NCBI RefSeq assembly: GCF_006345805.1
Contig: NC_042999.1
Location: 124,682,001 to 124,746,000 of the forward strand
Length of the DNA stretch: 64,000 nt
DNA from: Octopus sinensis
Taxonomy: Eukaryota
Direction: 5' to 3'
Below, in pieces: positions 40,855-55,270 of this stretch (positions are counted from its first letter, which is position 1; each line of letters starts with the position of its first letter). The translations under genes and the position numbers were made by a program. Under the pieces are notes generated by a model that was not told the origin of the DNA, made no database searches, and saw only the letters and a list, made by a program, of their open reading frames with translations.

Positions 40855-41690
40855 TATCTTTTACCTCTTTCAATCATTTGACTGTGGCCATGCTGGGACA
40901 CAGCCTTGAAGGGTTTTAGTTGAACAAATCGCCCCCAGTAGTTTTTTTTAGTTTTTTTTATACCTGGTACTTATTTTATCAGTCTCTTTTACCAAAACAT
41001 GAAGTTAAGGGGATGTAAACACACCAACACTGGTTACCAAGTGATGGGGGGACAAACACATACAAGGACATACACAGATATATATATATATACCATGGGC
41101 TTCTTTCAGTTTCCATCTACCAAATCCGCTCACAAGGCTTCAATCGGCCGAAGGCTATAGTAGAAGACACTTGCCCAAGGTGCCATACAGTGGAACTCAA
41201 TCCAGAACCATGTGGATGGGAAGCAAGCTTCTTAACATACTGCCGCGCCTGCACCTATGTCTCTTTTTTTAATGTTTTTTTTTCTTCTCAAAAGATTATC
41301 ATCAGCTCAAGGGTTGATATAACCTTTCTGATTTGTAAAATGTCTTAGATAGCTTTTAAGATATTTACTACTTTATAGACACTTTATATTTTCTGTTTTT
41401 CAATTAATGGAGCTGAATGTAAACAGTCTACAGTTTCACATTTTACATTCTCTTTTATTCTTTTACTCTTTTACTTGTTTCAGTCATTTGACTGCGGCCA
41501 TGCTGGAGCACCGCCTTTAGTCGAGCAAATCAACCCCAGGACTTATTCTTTGTAAGCCTAGTACTTATTCTATCGGTCTCTTTTGCCAAACTGCTAAGCT
41601 ATGGGGATGTAAATACACCAGCATCGGTTATCAAGCAATGTTGGGTGGGGGGCAAACACAGACACACAAACACATACACATATATATATA
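40855..41690 (-). mobile_element. Two SINE family A copies (40855-41265 full length; 41456-41690 3' half)
   Basis: Shared family A motifs; reverse-complement tRNA-like head near 41190-41260. Confidence 0.78.
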
Positions 41691-42614
41691 TATTTGTTTA
41701 TTTTCAATAAGGTATGAAATTCTTTTTATTTTCTTTCAATTTCATCAACTTGTGACTGGAATGTTTGGCAATCAGATCGCCATATCCAATGTTGTGATTC
41801 ACAAGAATATTACCCATGTGATCAAAAATATCTGATTGATCAAGACTTCGCCTAGAACTGGCTCCAACAACAATTTCATCTTATTGTGATTTCTCTCTGA
41901 GCTTATCCATCTCTATAAATTCAGCACACCTTAGCTGCTGTGACAGACACCATAGGGCAGACAGCAGCTGACCCAAGCTGACAATACAAAGGCAATGAAC
42001 AGTCAAGAAGATGAAAGGCATTAGAAGTCAGTAGAATAGCAAGTAGCTAGCCACAATGAATGATCAGTGACAGCAACACAAGGACCAGCAACTAACTTTT
42101 TGACTGGTGCTACAACCACATCAACCACAGAAAGAATAAATATTTTGTTTATCAAAAATCTCATCAGATATCTGTTCTTCTTTGTAACAAGCTAGTACCA
42201 AAAACATATATTGACTGTGTTTGATCTTTCAAGAAGGGACTAATTCCATATACTATTCACCTCTGCAATATTTCTTTTGAAGTAAGCTTGAGCTTACAAG
42301 CTCTTCACAGTTCAATAGTAATAATAATAATCCTTTCTGCTATAGGCATAAAGCTTGAAACTCTGGGGGAAGAGGTAAGTTGATTACATCATCCCCAGTG
42401 TTCAACTGGTACTTATTTCAATGACCTTGAAAGGATGAAAGGCAAAGTCGACCTTGGCAGAATTTGAACTCAGAAAATAAAGACAGATGAAATGCCAGAA
42501 ATGGCACTAAGCATTTTGCCTGGCATGCTACCAATTCTGCCAGCTCACCATGTGGAGTTATCTAAGACCAAAACATAACTAGAGTTGTCATACTAGTAAT
42601 CCTTTCTGTTAAAG

Positions 42615-42887
42615 CAGTGGTTCCCAAAGTGGGCAATATCACCCCCCTGGGGGCTGTGAAAAGTTCCAAAGGGGCATTGAAGAAAAGTGGGGTGATAATG
42701 GGGTAGCAATTTATGTGAAAACAAAATAATGGGTTCATTAGGTTAAGTTTTATTTGTTAAATACAGTTGTTTTAAATTTACTTCAGAAACAGGTCTATGT
42801 TTGTGATGGTTTAGTTGGGATGGGGGCACTAGGAATGTGGCGTGGGTATCAAGGGATCAGCAGTCGGAAAAAGTTTGGGAATCACTG
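42615..42887. mobile_element. hAT-type MITE with a perfect 8-bp TSD, nested in a SINE B
   Basis: TIRs cagtggttcccaaa / tttgggaatcactg; TSD TGTTAAAG at 42607-42614 and 42888-42895. Confidence 0.9.
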
Positions 42888-45779
42888 TGTTAAAGGCTGA
42901 AATTTGGTGGGAAGAGATTAGTCAAATACATCAACTCCAGTGCTCAACAGGTACTTATTTTATCAACTCCAAAAGGATGAAAAGCAAAGCTGACCTCAGC
43001 AGAATTTTAACTTCAAGCATATCCTTATGCATTTTGTCTGATATACTAATGATTCTGCCAGTTTGCTACCTTTGTCATTATACTAGTAGTGATCACACAA
43101 TTTTTATTTAGTAAAATTTGAGGGGTGTCTCCTCTTGTCTATTTTTACCCAGAGTTAATCACTTTGGTAATGTGAGTTTTCATCATTAAGAGTGTAATTT
43201 TAATTTTAATTTCCCAGCTCATTATATGAAGTAGGTTAGCTCTTTCTCTTTACTATTTATTATACAGTAAGAATCTCTTAGTATTTTTACCCAGTCATTT
43301 CTTACAGCATCCTTAATTTCTATCCTGTCAATTGTGTCTTTATTGTGTCGAAGACCAAAATATAATCGTTCACTCTACATAGTTGCATATATCTAACTAT
43401 AACTCTTAGTAGAAACTCAACTGGCTAAAGAAAGTAGCAGCCAAATTACCCTCAAATTACATTTTACACTCTTCAAAGAAGAGGAAAAGACTAAATAACA
43501 TAGTCCTAGAGAAAAGGGGTGATCGTAACTGAAATACCTTTGATCAAAGGTCTGCTCAGCCACATCTGACCTGGAGCAAATCAGCAACAACATGAGAACT
43601 ATGAGGATACCTTTATATGATTGTCTGACCTGTTAGAGATTGCACCCCAATCTCTCTCCTGTGATTCCTTTTGGTCTGTCTTTTGGTTTATAGGTGTTTT
43701 GGGTTATGTTAGTAGACATTCCCAGTTATAATTTAATTGAATGGTTTGTACCAGAGATGATGTTTTCCATTTAAAATCTCAGATTGTAAGTAACTAGGTC
43801 AACCTGTCCAGATATTTACAAGCCCTTCCATTCAGTTTTGGCAAAGTATTTCTCAAAACATAAAGAATATAACATCTAGCTGTTTCTTTTAATTATCAGT
43901 TGATCACTTAAAAGTTAAAACTAGGACAGACATTACTGTCACTGTGGTGTTCAAATTTCATTCTCCATTACTTATCATTTTGCTCATTCCCCACCTTCAA
44001 AAGTGTTTTTCATATTCCACCATCGCACATTCTACTGCACAATGAATATCAACTAGTTTTACTAAGATTCCTTATTATCATCTCATGAATAAGTATAATG
44101 CTGCTTATCTTGGTTATCTTCGGTGAAAGTTTTGCAACCATCATCTTCAATGAAGATAATTGTTTTGACTATACCGGCAATAAACACCAGACCATCAACA
44201 CTACTACAATTGATAACATTAACATTTTAGAGTTTTCACAACGACTGAGAGATGTTGTGTGTAGGTCAATCGCTAATCTATGTCTTACTTGCCTTGTAAC
44301 TGTCCTAAGTTAATTTATAAATGAGTTATATCTAAAGTTTGTTGCTTCACTTCTTAAATAATTTGTGTAAAGGGTCTATTGTTGATGGCTGATAGAATTT
44401 GTCTTTGATGAGATTAACTTTACCTGTCATTAATTTATAGGTTTTTTCTTTCTTTCTAAAGAAGATTGAAGGTACATGAAGTGTCTTAAGTTTAGGCTCA
44501 TGTTCTCTCTAAGGTGATTCTTTAATTACAAGTTTCTTTAATGTTGCATTCTTTTAATGTTAAAATTGATTTGATGACATTTCTTCTTCCACATTTTCTA
44601 CCACATTTCTTTCCACATTTTTTTTTGTTGTCTTTGACAACATAGTTTAGTCATAGCCCTAATAATATTTTCATACTTAATATGCAATCTTTCTTAAACT
44701 TTTAAAAGTATCTGATTTTAAGAGTATTTTAGTTGATCACTGCAAAGATTCTTTTTATTATTTTTCCCCACAGAATTCATTTAAATTAACTAAACATAGA
44801 TGCAGTGTATATCGTTTCTTTTTTCTACAGACTAAGACTTGACTGAAACTTCTTTTGAAATGATACATTAGTTATTTCTTTACATTTATAATAGCATATT
44901 CTGTAAGATACTTGAAGAAGGAGAGATATAAGAACTTCAGCAAGATACTTTGAAACTGAGGTTTTAAATCATGAAAGAATAATTCCCCAGTGTACCTTAT
45001 ATCTAGAACTGACCACATAAATTAAGATTATGAACTTCTAGTAATATAGCCAAGTACATCCACAGATGAAAAGACATCCCACATCACAACCACATCATAG
45101 TCATCATCATCATCATAATCATCATCATCACCATCATCACCACCATCATCATCATCATCATCGTCATCATCATCGTCATCGTCATCATCATCATCATCAT
45201 CATCATATAAATGTTCACTTTTCTATGCTTGCATTGGTTAGATGAAATTTGTTGAAGCAGATTTTTCTATGGCCAAATGCTAACCCTCACCTGTTTCTAA
45301 GCAAGATACTATTTCTTCATGGCCAGACATGTTTTCCAAAAGAGAATGAAGAACAGTGCCTGTATGACAGTGGCACTCACTTACAATAATCACATGTTGT
45401 CAGGATAGGAAGACACCAGTTCACACACACACACACACACACACACATAGGACAGGCTTCTTTCAGTTTCTGTCAACTAAATCCACTCAAAAATTTTGGG
45501 TTGGCTCGGGGCTGTTCTATAGGATGCTTGCCCAAAGTTCAAATGGTTGAGAAGCAAGCTTCTCAGCCACTCAGCTACAGTTGTATTACCATCAGAATAC
45601 AAAAAGCCAGATAGACAAATATAAGGCATACCACCTGACAAATCATTACCTTGTACTGATATATTATCAGGAGGAAAGGGGCAAAGCTGACTTCAGTGGG
45701 ATTTGAACTCAGAATGTGAGTAGTCAGAACAAATTAGTACAAAGCATTCTATCCAAAGCTTTAAAAAAAACAGACCATC

Positions 45780-46095
45780 TCAGCCATGAATGATCATGGG
45801 ATTGCACCTAGAAAGTTACCCTCCAAAGCATAAGTCTGGCCAATGTTATTTATTGAAAACCAGCAGTCGCCCATGCATACCAGGCTCCTCTCTCCACACC
45901 ACTAATATTATCCAAGGGAAAGGCAAAATCTGATACAGCTTGGCACCAGTGATGTTGTAACTCATTTCTACAGCTGAGTGAACTGAAACAATGTGAAATA
46001 AAATGTCTGGCTCAAGAACACAACACACAGCTCAGTCTAGGAATCAAACTCACTACCTCATGATAGTGAGGCCAACGCTCTAACCACAGAGCCAT
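45780..46095 (-). mobile_element. tRNA-derived SINE with a conserved central domain (family D)
   Basis: Reverse tRNA-like head gaatcaaactcactacctcatgatagtgaggccaacgctctaaccac; central ctcatttctacagctgagtgaactg. A plus-strand relative lies at ~58100-58345. Confidence 0.65.
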
Positions 46096-46509
46096 GTGTG
46101 TGTGTGTGTGTTACTGTCTCCTTGTCTTGACATCACATGATAGTTGTAAGTGGGTGTTATTGTCATGCAAGTAGTAGTATCCTCCAGAAATTCCATCTGA
46201 CCCATGCAAGAATGGAAAAGTAGATGTTAAATGATGATCATGATGATGTTTGAACTGAGAAAATGCATATGTGACTCAGTTTTTGATTGCTATAGTTATT
46301 CTGTTCAGGAACTTTTAATTAATTTTACTGAAAACTTCAACTAGTCTGCCATGTCAGTTATTCTCAGAAATTCTTCTGCTAATAAATGCATAGTTTCGAA
46401 ATAGGACAATAGACATAACCATTGTCATACAACATATTTTAAGAGTTAGCCTCAGATAATAGTCAGTTAAATTCAGTTCATAAAATCACTATTTTTTTAT
46501 CTTTTTTTT

Positions 46510-47690
46510 TATTTTGCTTCAATCATTTGGCCTGTGGCCATGCTGGAGCATTGCCTTGAGGAATTTTAGTCAAATGAATGGACCACAGTACTTACTTTTT
46601 TAAGTCTGGTACTTATTCTATTGGCCTCTTTTGCTGAACCACAAACTTACAGGGATGTAAACACACTGACACTGGTTGTTTAGGAGCAATGGGGACAAAC
46701 ACAAACACAAAGACACACATACACAAACATATATTACATGTAAACATAAATACACATACACACACACATATGCAACAGGCATCTTTCAAAGTCTGTCCAC
46801 CAAATCCACTCACAAGGCTTTGGTCAACCTGAAGCCAGAGTAGAAGACCAAGGTTCTATGCAGTGGGAGTGAACCCAGAGCCATATGGTTGGGAAACAAA
46901 GTTCTTACCACCAAGAGACTAGATGCTTCACCTATCTGATAAAAGATTGCTTTGTTAATAGGTAGCAACTGATGACAATTTTAAACACTGACGATATTAT
47001 GTAAATCTGGCCCAACTTTATTCATTGAGTCTATTTTCTTGTGATCAAAATCTTTACATTTATGCAAGTGTAAATATCCCCCAACTCAAGAAGTCCTGTA
47101 CTCCACAGCATAAATGTCTCAAGAAGACCCATACTCATAGTCCACAGCAGAAGTGTTAATACCACTCCTCCTGGTGAAGAGGGTTGGCCTTCAAGAGTCC
47201 TGAATCAATGTCACATAAAAAGCACTCATGCTGGTGCCACTTAAAAATGCTTGTGTGGTGCCACATAAAAACACCCACCACACTCTGTACAGGAAGGGTA
47301 TCTAGCCATAGAAACCATGCCAAATCAGACTGGAGCCTGGTACAGCTCTCCAGCTTGCCAGCTCTGATCAAACCATCCAACCCATGCTCGCATGGACAAT
47401 GGATGTTAACTGATGATGATGATGGTGGTGAAACTGCTTCAGTACAATAATTTCAATAAGCAAAACATTTACTGTTAATATAGTTTTTGATACTCAAAGC
47501 CAGACTCCTACTATTAAAACCATAGGTTTTAATAGTTATATGGTTAAGAACTTTGCTTTGCAACCATGTGGTTTTCAGATTCAGTCCTACAGCATAGCAC
47601 CAAAGGTAAATGTCTACTTCTATAGCCTCAGGCCAGCCAAAGCCTAGTGAATGGATTTGATAAGCAGAAACTGAAAGAAGCTCATATTAG
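46510..47690. mobile_element. SINE A (46510-46880, minus), RTE-tailed copy (47200-47430, plus), SINE A head (47525-47690, plus)
   Basis: Family motifs as above. Confidence 0.7.
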
Positions 47691-49379
47691 ATGTGTGCGT
47701 GCATGTGTGTGCGTGTGTTTGTGTGTATGTGTGCATGCGCATTTGTGTGTGTGTGTGCGTTTGTGTGTGTGTATATGTGTGTGCGAGTGTGTGTGTGTGT
47801 GTGCGCGCATGCATGTGTGTATGTATGTGTCTGTGGGGGGATGGGGAATCATGTCTCCTTGACTTGACATTGCATTACTAATAGTAAATGAGCATAAGCA
47901 TCGTATAAGTGATGTTGTTTATCAACAATCTGCCATTAAACATGTCTCGCCATTGATTGTGTCGTTTGTGTTCAAAGGTCCAGAGGAAATATCACTTCAC
48001 CTGGAAGCAAGGAAAAACGGAGGTTAGTATGATGAGAGCAATGGCAACAATGGTGATGGTGATGATGGCAACACCAATGATGGTAATAGCAATGATAACA
48101 ATGTTGATGTCAACAACTTTCCTTCGTATGCTATTTATTAACCCTTCACTAAGATAGTCTTATGTAAGTTAGGTGGGGTGAGGTTAATGCATGACCTTTC
48201 TACCCCTTTCCAGATTGAGGTGATTGATGTGATTGCTATTCAGCTTCAATTTCCACAGATCAATATATGCATGAGAATATATTGGTAGAGAGATAAATAG
48301 TGATCTGATCCAAATGCTTGTAGCCAAGTGAATGGTATTAAAAATGCCCAAGGAGCAGGTTTTGGAGTTAAACTGGGATAAAAATATAAACAGGATCATT
48401 ATGAATGTTACCAAAGTTTATACAGGAATTTTATCAGCGACCAGGTTACAGGTGTATAATGAAAATGTTCGTGTCTCATAAAATGAACTTAAAGTGGATT
48501 TAACAGTTTTGGCTGGAATGGTTCTTCCACGATGCAGTTGCTTTTATCATTCAATAAATATAAGGTTGTGAAACAAAGACTCTACTGAGTTTTGAATCAG
48601 CTGATGCAAATTCTCCAGTTTAAGACCATGGCCTGACTATACTGACATAAAAAGCAAAACCAACTAGAAAAAAATTAACTGTGTTGCCATATAAAGCATT
48701 GACATCTCCATGAACATGGTTCAACCAATCAGATTAGCTGGTATGTAACCAAATAAGCAAAGTCAGTTTTGTGAATTTTCCTGTCAAATAGTTTTATTGA
48801 AGGTTCTAGAAGCTTGACTAACTGTTATAAAAACTGTTATAAAAATGGGATGTTAAACCCACAAACAGAACAACCTCAGGTGCTGTGCAGAAATCTGTCA
48901 CTCAGTTATTGATAAGATGTTCTTACTCATTCTACTTATTCTGTTTTTAATAACCATGATTGATTTTTATATAACCAAAATATTCTATGTAATAATGACT
49001 TTTAACAGTCATATTCACTGTCTCACATATGCAATTTCATTCAGATGATTATTGTAAATACGTTAATGCAAATGTAATTTAAAAAATATGGCAATTTATA
49101 TAAATATTAGTGTGGTCAGCCAAATACTGTGCACTACCAACAATGATTTAATAACCAAGTCTGCTAACATTTTGTGATGCTTACAGTAGAATTTCTATGA
49201 TGAGAATGACGTGAGTGAAACTCATTGTCTAAAAACCACCTGCAATAAGAATGGATAGAACCTCTTTTAAATTAGTTAATTGATTAATATAAACAGTAAA
49301 GAGCTTTGAGATGAATAAAAGTATTTGCCTTTGAGTTTGCAATAGCTATCCTTGTTTTAGAAAGATCTTTATCAATTAT

Positions 49380-49980
49380 TATTATTGAAGTATTTCGTAT
49401 TATCGGCAGCAGCTTTATCGTTTTTGTAATAATCCGTTCTTTCATTCATTATTCTTGTTATACACAATAAAGCCAACAGGAAACGAATTAGAGGCAATGT
49501 TAACAAAGCGTCGAATTTCACCTCTTAAATAAACAAAGCACGGCAAGGAAAATATAAAAACGCCAGTCTTTAATTTTCATTGTAAATTTATTTTGATATT
49601 TCCCGTGATATGCGATGATAAGTTGCTGAAATCCTTTATTTACACCTTATTTTTCAATTTCTTATTTCATTCTTAATTGGGTACTTGAAATAAGGGAAAT
49701 AACTCTTATCATCAGTACCTGATTATCTTTCTTGAATATAATTTTCATAAACACGAAGCGTTTACGAATTGTAAATGAATAGATGTTGCGGATAAAATTA
49801 ACAGAATGTTTAAATGACAGATCGATGGAAAAGGGAAGGGTTCGTATCCTGTCAATGGCACAGTCCTGTGCCCATTGTCAATACACCATCTTAATTGTGG
49901 GCGGTTATAATACCAATTGATACATCTTACTGTTTTTGTTGTAACAGGAACATTGCATAATCAATCAACGATTGTTTTTG
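49380..49980. promoter_or_regulatory. CpG-retaining, repeat-free segment (possible promoter/regulatory island)
   Basis: About 19 CpGs counted by eye in ~600 AT-rich bp, versus near-depletion in the flanks. No SINE or microsatellite from ~48.2 to 50.9 kb. Confidence 0.3.
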
Positions 49981-51149
49981 TGGAGTTAGAGTACTGATTT
50001 AAAGTATTTCTGCAGACCTGGGGGTCATAATACAGACATTCATACCACCATTCAAAATGAACAAGAAATAAATTATTGAAAGTATCCATATGTAAAAAAA
50101 AATTAAAGATTTGTAATTTAATAACATATATGAATATAAAATGTTCAAATGTATCTTGTAGAAATATTTAAGCAACTACAGAATTATAGATTATCCATTT
50201 ATTTTATTTTTATCTCATAAACAATACAGACTTTTGTTTTCCGTCTGACTGTTGATACTTTTATTTGTCGCTGCTATAAATACCCCATTATCAAGCTTAA
50301 TATTAAAATATTTTCATATATGCTATGGAATAAATATTTGCTATTAGACTTTAGAAAATAGCTCAGACATTTTAATGCATTATTCAGCTTCGATATAATT
50401 GAGTTTTTATTTATTTATTTAAGAAACCGTTATTGATTTTTTTTTCTTTTGGCACAATACCAATTTTTTTTTTTAGATGTAAAGAATCAAATGAACAACC
50501 CACAATATATTCCTGGTACACTTATTTAATTGCATTAAAATTGCTGAAAACCCAAGTGAACACAAGTAATATTTGAACTTAAACATGTCAATCAGTTATT
50601 CTCAATATTTTTTTGATTTTGTGGTACCCAGTATACCAAGAAAAAAAGGTTTTATAAAAACAGTTTGAAAGAGAAATTTGTAAAAATAAACAAAGAAAAA
50701 CTGTTGTTTACCTGATTTGATTAAGCATATTTGTATGTGACAAAATTATGAACAGCTTGTTTTTCAAGATGATATAGCATTTAGAGTTGATTTTGTAAAA
50801 ACCTGAAAATATATTTTTTTTAATCCGTCAGACACCTTGATATGCAAGTCCACTGAGCACACTGCTTGAGAGCCACTTATGTAGATAGACAATACAAAAT
50901 TTCAGTGGCCTGTTTCTATCAAAATTCTTTCACAGAAACCATTACAACTTGAAAAGAAAGAAAATAGCAGAGAAATACTCCTCTCCAGTAAATTTACTGG
51001 CAGATGAGCTTGGTGAAGAAAGTATTGTTCTCCGGTAAATTTACTGAAAGATAAAGCTGGTGAGGAACTGGAGTAAGGTGACTAGCTGGGTGGCCAATCT
51101 CACTTTTAAATGGGCCAAGATGAAACTATCCCTGAAAAGTCAGGTAGAG

Positions 51150-51700
51150 GTAGTTTCAATCATTATCTACTATCACTTCACTGTTGTGCCTTTCCCTACT
51201 TCATGGCTGACCAGACTGGAACACTTGTTTTTCGACTTTCTGTGCAGGGTATGGGTTCTTCTGGTCAGACAGTCTATTTACTGTCAACATCCACTGCATG
51301 GAGGGCTAGGCATGCCATGGCTAATGATGCACAGATATGCACTAAGGTTGTGGTTGCTCATTGTCAGGCTCACTTTTCCACAGCTCATCTCTTTGACTGA
51401 GATGCAGTCCTGGATTAAGCATATACTGAGGCAGGGTACCTGGTACCACAACCCTCTACAAATTGAGCAATGCAGTCAGAGGAAGCTATATTATGGTGTT
51501 CCATAGGAAATTAATGACAGGCAAGAGCAACATCCTCAGGGAGACTCTGGGTGTCAACAAGAATGAACTAACTGGCCTGTTCTAGAGGATTTTGGTCCAT
51601 AGCCTATGGATGATTTCTAGAAATCCCTAGACTGGCAGTGCTACTTGGTGGGGGGGGGGAGCATTAGCGGCTCAGGTGTGGTAATGCTGTCTGCTATGAC
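51150..51700 (+). mobile_element. Tx1/L1-clade LINE RT C-terminal relic
   Basis: TRLEHLFFDFLCRVWVLLVRQSIYCQHPLHGGLGMPWLMMHRYALRL matches the post-RT GGLG motif of L1/Tx1 elements. Confidence 0.7.
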
Positions 51701-52009
51701 TGCTTGAGATACACACAGTGACAAAACCATTTTGCGTGTGCTTGTACAGTGTCCAAGCATTGCGGACTTGTAACATTATGCTGTCACATGTCAGACAGAT
51801 TCAGCTATCAGCCAACTCCATTGAGATCACCCTGCCATTACTCATTAATGAACTACTTCTAACTAATTACTTCCCTCACTTTCTTCAACCATGCTGCATT
51901 TCCATTATGATTAACCAAACAAAAAAAAAAATCACTCCAGAACTTTCTACCTTCTTCTGCATTAGGCTTTTCATCTTCAATAGTTTCTTCTACACTATTC
52001 ATTTGACAG

Positions 52010-52930
52010 TAAAATCTCCTTCGGTCTTTCTCAAGCAATCTGTTCTGCTGATACTGACTTATTCTTTTCTGATATCTGGAAAGCTTACTGGCTATTGCTA
52101 TGATACACTGTTTCAGCTCTTCTATGACTATCTCAAATCCTTTCTCATTAACTAAGAATTTTTTCTGGCAAGAATATTTAAATCTTGTGTTTCCTAACTT
52201 GTCCTATTTCCAAGTTTTTATTCTATTCAAATCTTGTCTTAAAGTTTTCATTTTATTTTCCAATCTTCTTTTCCACATCTGCTCCATCCTATTCTTTCCT
52301 TGGGAAATACCTAGTCTGCTAGTAACTACTGCCCTTCCTGCATAAATCAATAAGTTAGTGTCACCTATATTTTTAGTACCTATCCTACTGATAGCAGAAT
52401 CTACTTTCCCAGTAATATCTAACAACTTCCTTCTATTTACACCTTTTAATGCTGGTAATCTTCTCCTTTCTTCTTTACTCATTACTTCCTTCAACTCCTC
52501 TAAAATCTTCTGATCTTCCTCATTTAAGTCACTGGTGTCAGTTTTCCCTTCCTGATTAGTAGTGCTATTATTTTTTCTTGCAGGCTCTTCTTTGGCTTGA
52601 ACTGTATCATTTATGCTTCATCCTGGTTTGTGTTCTTTGGCTGTTCTACTTCTTGGTCTTCTTTTTTAGTTCTGTTATGATCTCTTCTCTCTCCAGTTCT
52701 GTCATCCGCTTATTTATCCTAATAGCATTAGCCTGGTACACTTGTCTCTGCTTTGTTACATGAAACATACCTTTCTTTACCCAAAGTGATAACATACATT
52801 TTCTGTAACCTCTTAGTTTGGGTTCACTTTCCCAGTAGCACTGCATTACTACCCTGTTCTTTTTGCTTGTCCATTTCCTTCTTACTCTATTATATACTGA
52901 TACTGTCTTAGAATAATTAAATTCCACCCG
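52010..52930 (-). mobile_element. N-terminal ORF relic of an R4/Dong-like (RLE-type) non-LTR retrotransposon
   Basis: RKWTSKKNRVVMQCYWESEPKLRGYRKCMLSLW...QRQVYQANAI, and LLIYAGRAVVTSRLG...WKRRLENKMKTLRQDLNRI. Confidence 0.7.
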
Positions 52931-53059
52931 TGTTTTCCAGTTCCATGTACACAGCTATATTCAGGATGACTTATATTTATTGTGCAAATTAAGTGGTGTG
53001 TAAAGAAGAGTTTAAATTACAACAATAGTGTAACATTTTTCTGAATAGTCATATTATCT

Positions 53060-53705
53060 TCTATATTTTATGTGTTTCAGTCATTAGACTGCAGCCATGC
53101 TGGAGCACCAACTTGAAGGATTTAGTCAACAAAATTTATCCCATTACTTATGTTTTGTTTTTTGTTATATTTTTTATCTCCAGTCTGGTATTTATTCTGC
53201 TGGTCTCTAATGCTGAACTGCTAAGTTTATGGAGACATGAATAAATCAACACAACACCAGTTATCAAGCAGTTGGAGGGATGATAAACACAGACACACAC
53301 GCATGCACATGACAGGTCCCACACAGTTTCTGTCTACGAAATTCTTTCACAAGGATTTGGTCAACCCACGGCTATAGTAGAAGACTCAAGGTGTCATGTA
53401 GTGGGATTGAACTCAAAACCACACATGAGTGCAAAGTGAGCTTCTTAACCACACAGCCATACCTGCATCTATATTAGAATGTTTATTATTCTTTTCTACT
53501 CTAAGCACAAGGCCCAAAATATTGGGGGAAGGGGCCAGTCAATTAGATCGACCCCAGTGCACAACTGGTACTTAATTTATCGGCCCCCGAAAGGATGAAA
53601 GGCAAAGTCAACCTCAATGGAATTTTGACTCAGAACGTAAAGACAGATGAAATACTACTAAGTATTTTGCCCAGCAGGCTAACATTTCTGCCAGCTCACT
53701 GCCTT
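53060..53705 (-). mobile_element. SINE A (53060-53465) and SINE B (53495-53705)
   Basis: Family motifs as above. Confidence 0.75.
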
Positions 53706-54639
53706 AATCTATATTTCATAGATATGACTACATCAGACATCATATGGTTCAAGGTTGTTTATAATTTTACAAACACATGCAAAGAATACAATGTATTCAG
53801 TTTCTCTTTAATTCATATGCAAGGCATTGGTTGGTGCAAGGCTATAGTAGAAAACACTTGCTCAAGGTGTCATGCAATAGGAATGAACCTGAAATAACGT
53901 GGTTCCTGTGCAAGCTTCTTAACCATACAGCCATGTCTCTAATTTTCATAAAAGTATTTTATTTTATTTCCTTAACTGATTTTAATGTTATATCTAATAA
54001 TATATCTTGTGAATTTTTTTCTTTTTTTTTTTTAAGTTAAGAAAAAAAATTGCCAGATCCTGAGTGTCTGATGTGCCAAGCATAAAAATCCAAAGACCGT
54101 TTTTTTAAGATAAATGCATAATAAAAAAAATTCTGTGGTACTTTTAAAACATCCATGTTTAAACATTTGTTCTCTTGGGTCAACAAGTAGTAAAATTAAG
54201 TGTAAATTTATTTAAGCACATCATTATCAAAATCAAATTAACTTTCTAGAAAAATCATGATTGTTTGATATCCACAATGTTAACTTTATGCAGAAGGCAC
54301 ATTTTAACAGCACAGCCAACAATAGTAGAGTTCAAGGGTCACTTCAAAATTACTTTTTTTTTTTAGGATTGATGAACTTTTTTTATAAAGTATTTTATAT
54401 AGCAAGTATAATAAATGTGATTTATTCCTTTTTTACATACATCATAATTCCTTTTTTTTTCTCTACTAAAGGCACAAGGCCTGACATTTTGTGACCCCAG
54501 TACTCAACTGATACTTATTTTATTAACCCCAAAAGGGTCAAAACCAAAGTCAACCTTTTGAACTCAGAATACAAAGATAGATGAAATACTGCTAAGCATT
54601 TTGTCCAGCACGCTAACAATTCAGCCAGCTTGCCACCTA

Positions 54640-55270
54640 TAGCTGTCAGTTTTTGTCCCCACCTTGTTCTAGTACAGAGTGATGATGGCTGCCTCATGGA
54701 GCCCTGTAGTAGGTTCCCTTTTCCTACCAGCTGACAAAGAACTCATGGAGTTTGGTATGCAATGATGGTCCTCCAATCTCCCAAATCTCTGGTGGGAGTC
54801 TATCAATTCCTATCGCTTTCCCCTTTTTAGCTGTTTTAAGAGCCTACATAGTTTTTTCTAAGGTTAGAAACCTATCCTGTTTTGTTTTCTCAGAATGCCA
54901 CCAGATGAATTACTGAGTCATAGAACATGTTGACAATGCTACGGAAATATTCTAATCATCAGTTCAGGATTGTCACCCATTCTGTGAAGAACTCTTATCC
55001 ATCCACAAAGTGCAATCTTGTTTGGACTTAATGCAAAAAGATCAAACACTGCTTCAGAACCTCATAAAATCTTCAATAGTCCCCAGCATCTAAACAAAGC
55101 TGAGTTGTTGCAAGGTTAATTTACCACACAGTCTGAATCACTTAATATCTGAACTGGAAGTTTTTGTACACAAGCCAGGGGGCTGCTTTCTTATCTTTGC
55201 ATCTGATGGATAGATTTCTTCTCAGCCAACAGGCCCAAGATCTCTTGGTTGATTTCTTTAAACCTGTCAA
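54640..55270 (-). mobile_element. RTE-clade LINE relic (pre-RT region)
   Basis: Minus-strand translation KGKAIGIDRLPPEIWEIGGPSLHTKLHEFF...AAIITLY*NK. Confidence 0.72.

Noticed and set aside
41700-42330. Non-repeat segment with short open frames on both strands
   Set aside because: No recognisable motif or consistent splice signals.
43660-44900. Possible decayed DNA transposon (MULE-like words such as KYFAKTEW on the minus strand)
   Set aside because: No TIRs or catalytic motif could be confirmed.
48184-48414. Minus-strand ORF with a hydrophobic start and one LRR-like motif (LWKLKLNSNHINHL)
   Set aside because: A single motif, a TTG start, no convincing splice donor and no further LRRs; likely chance.
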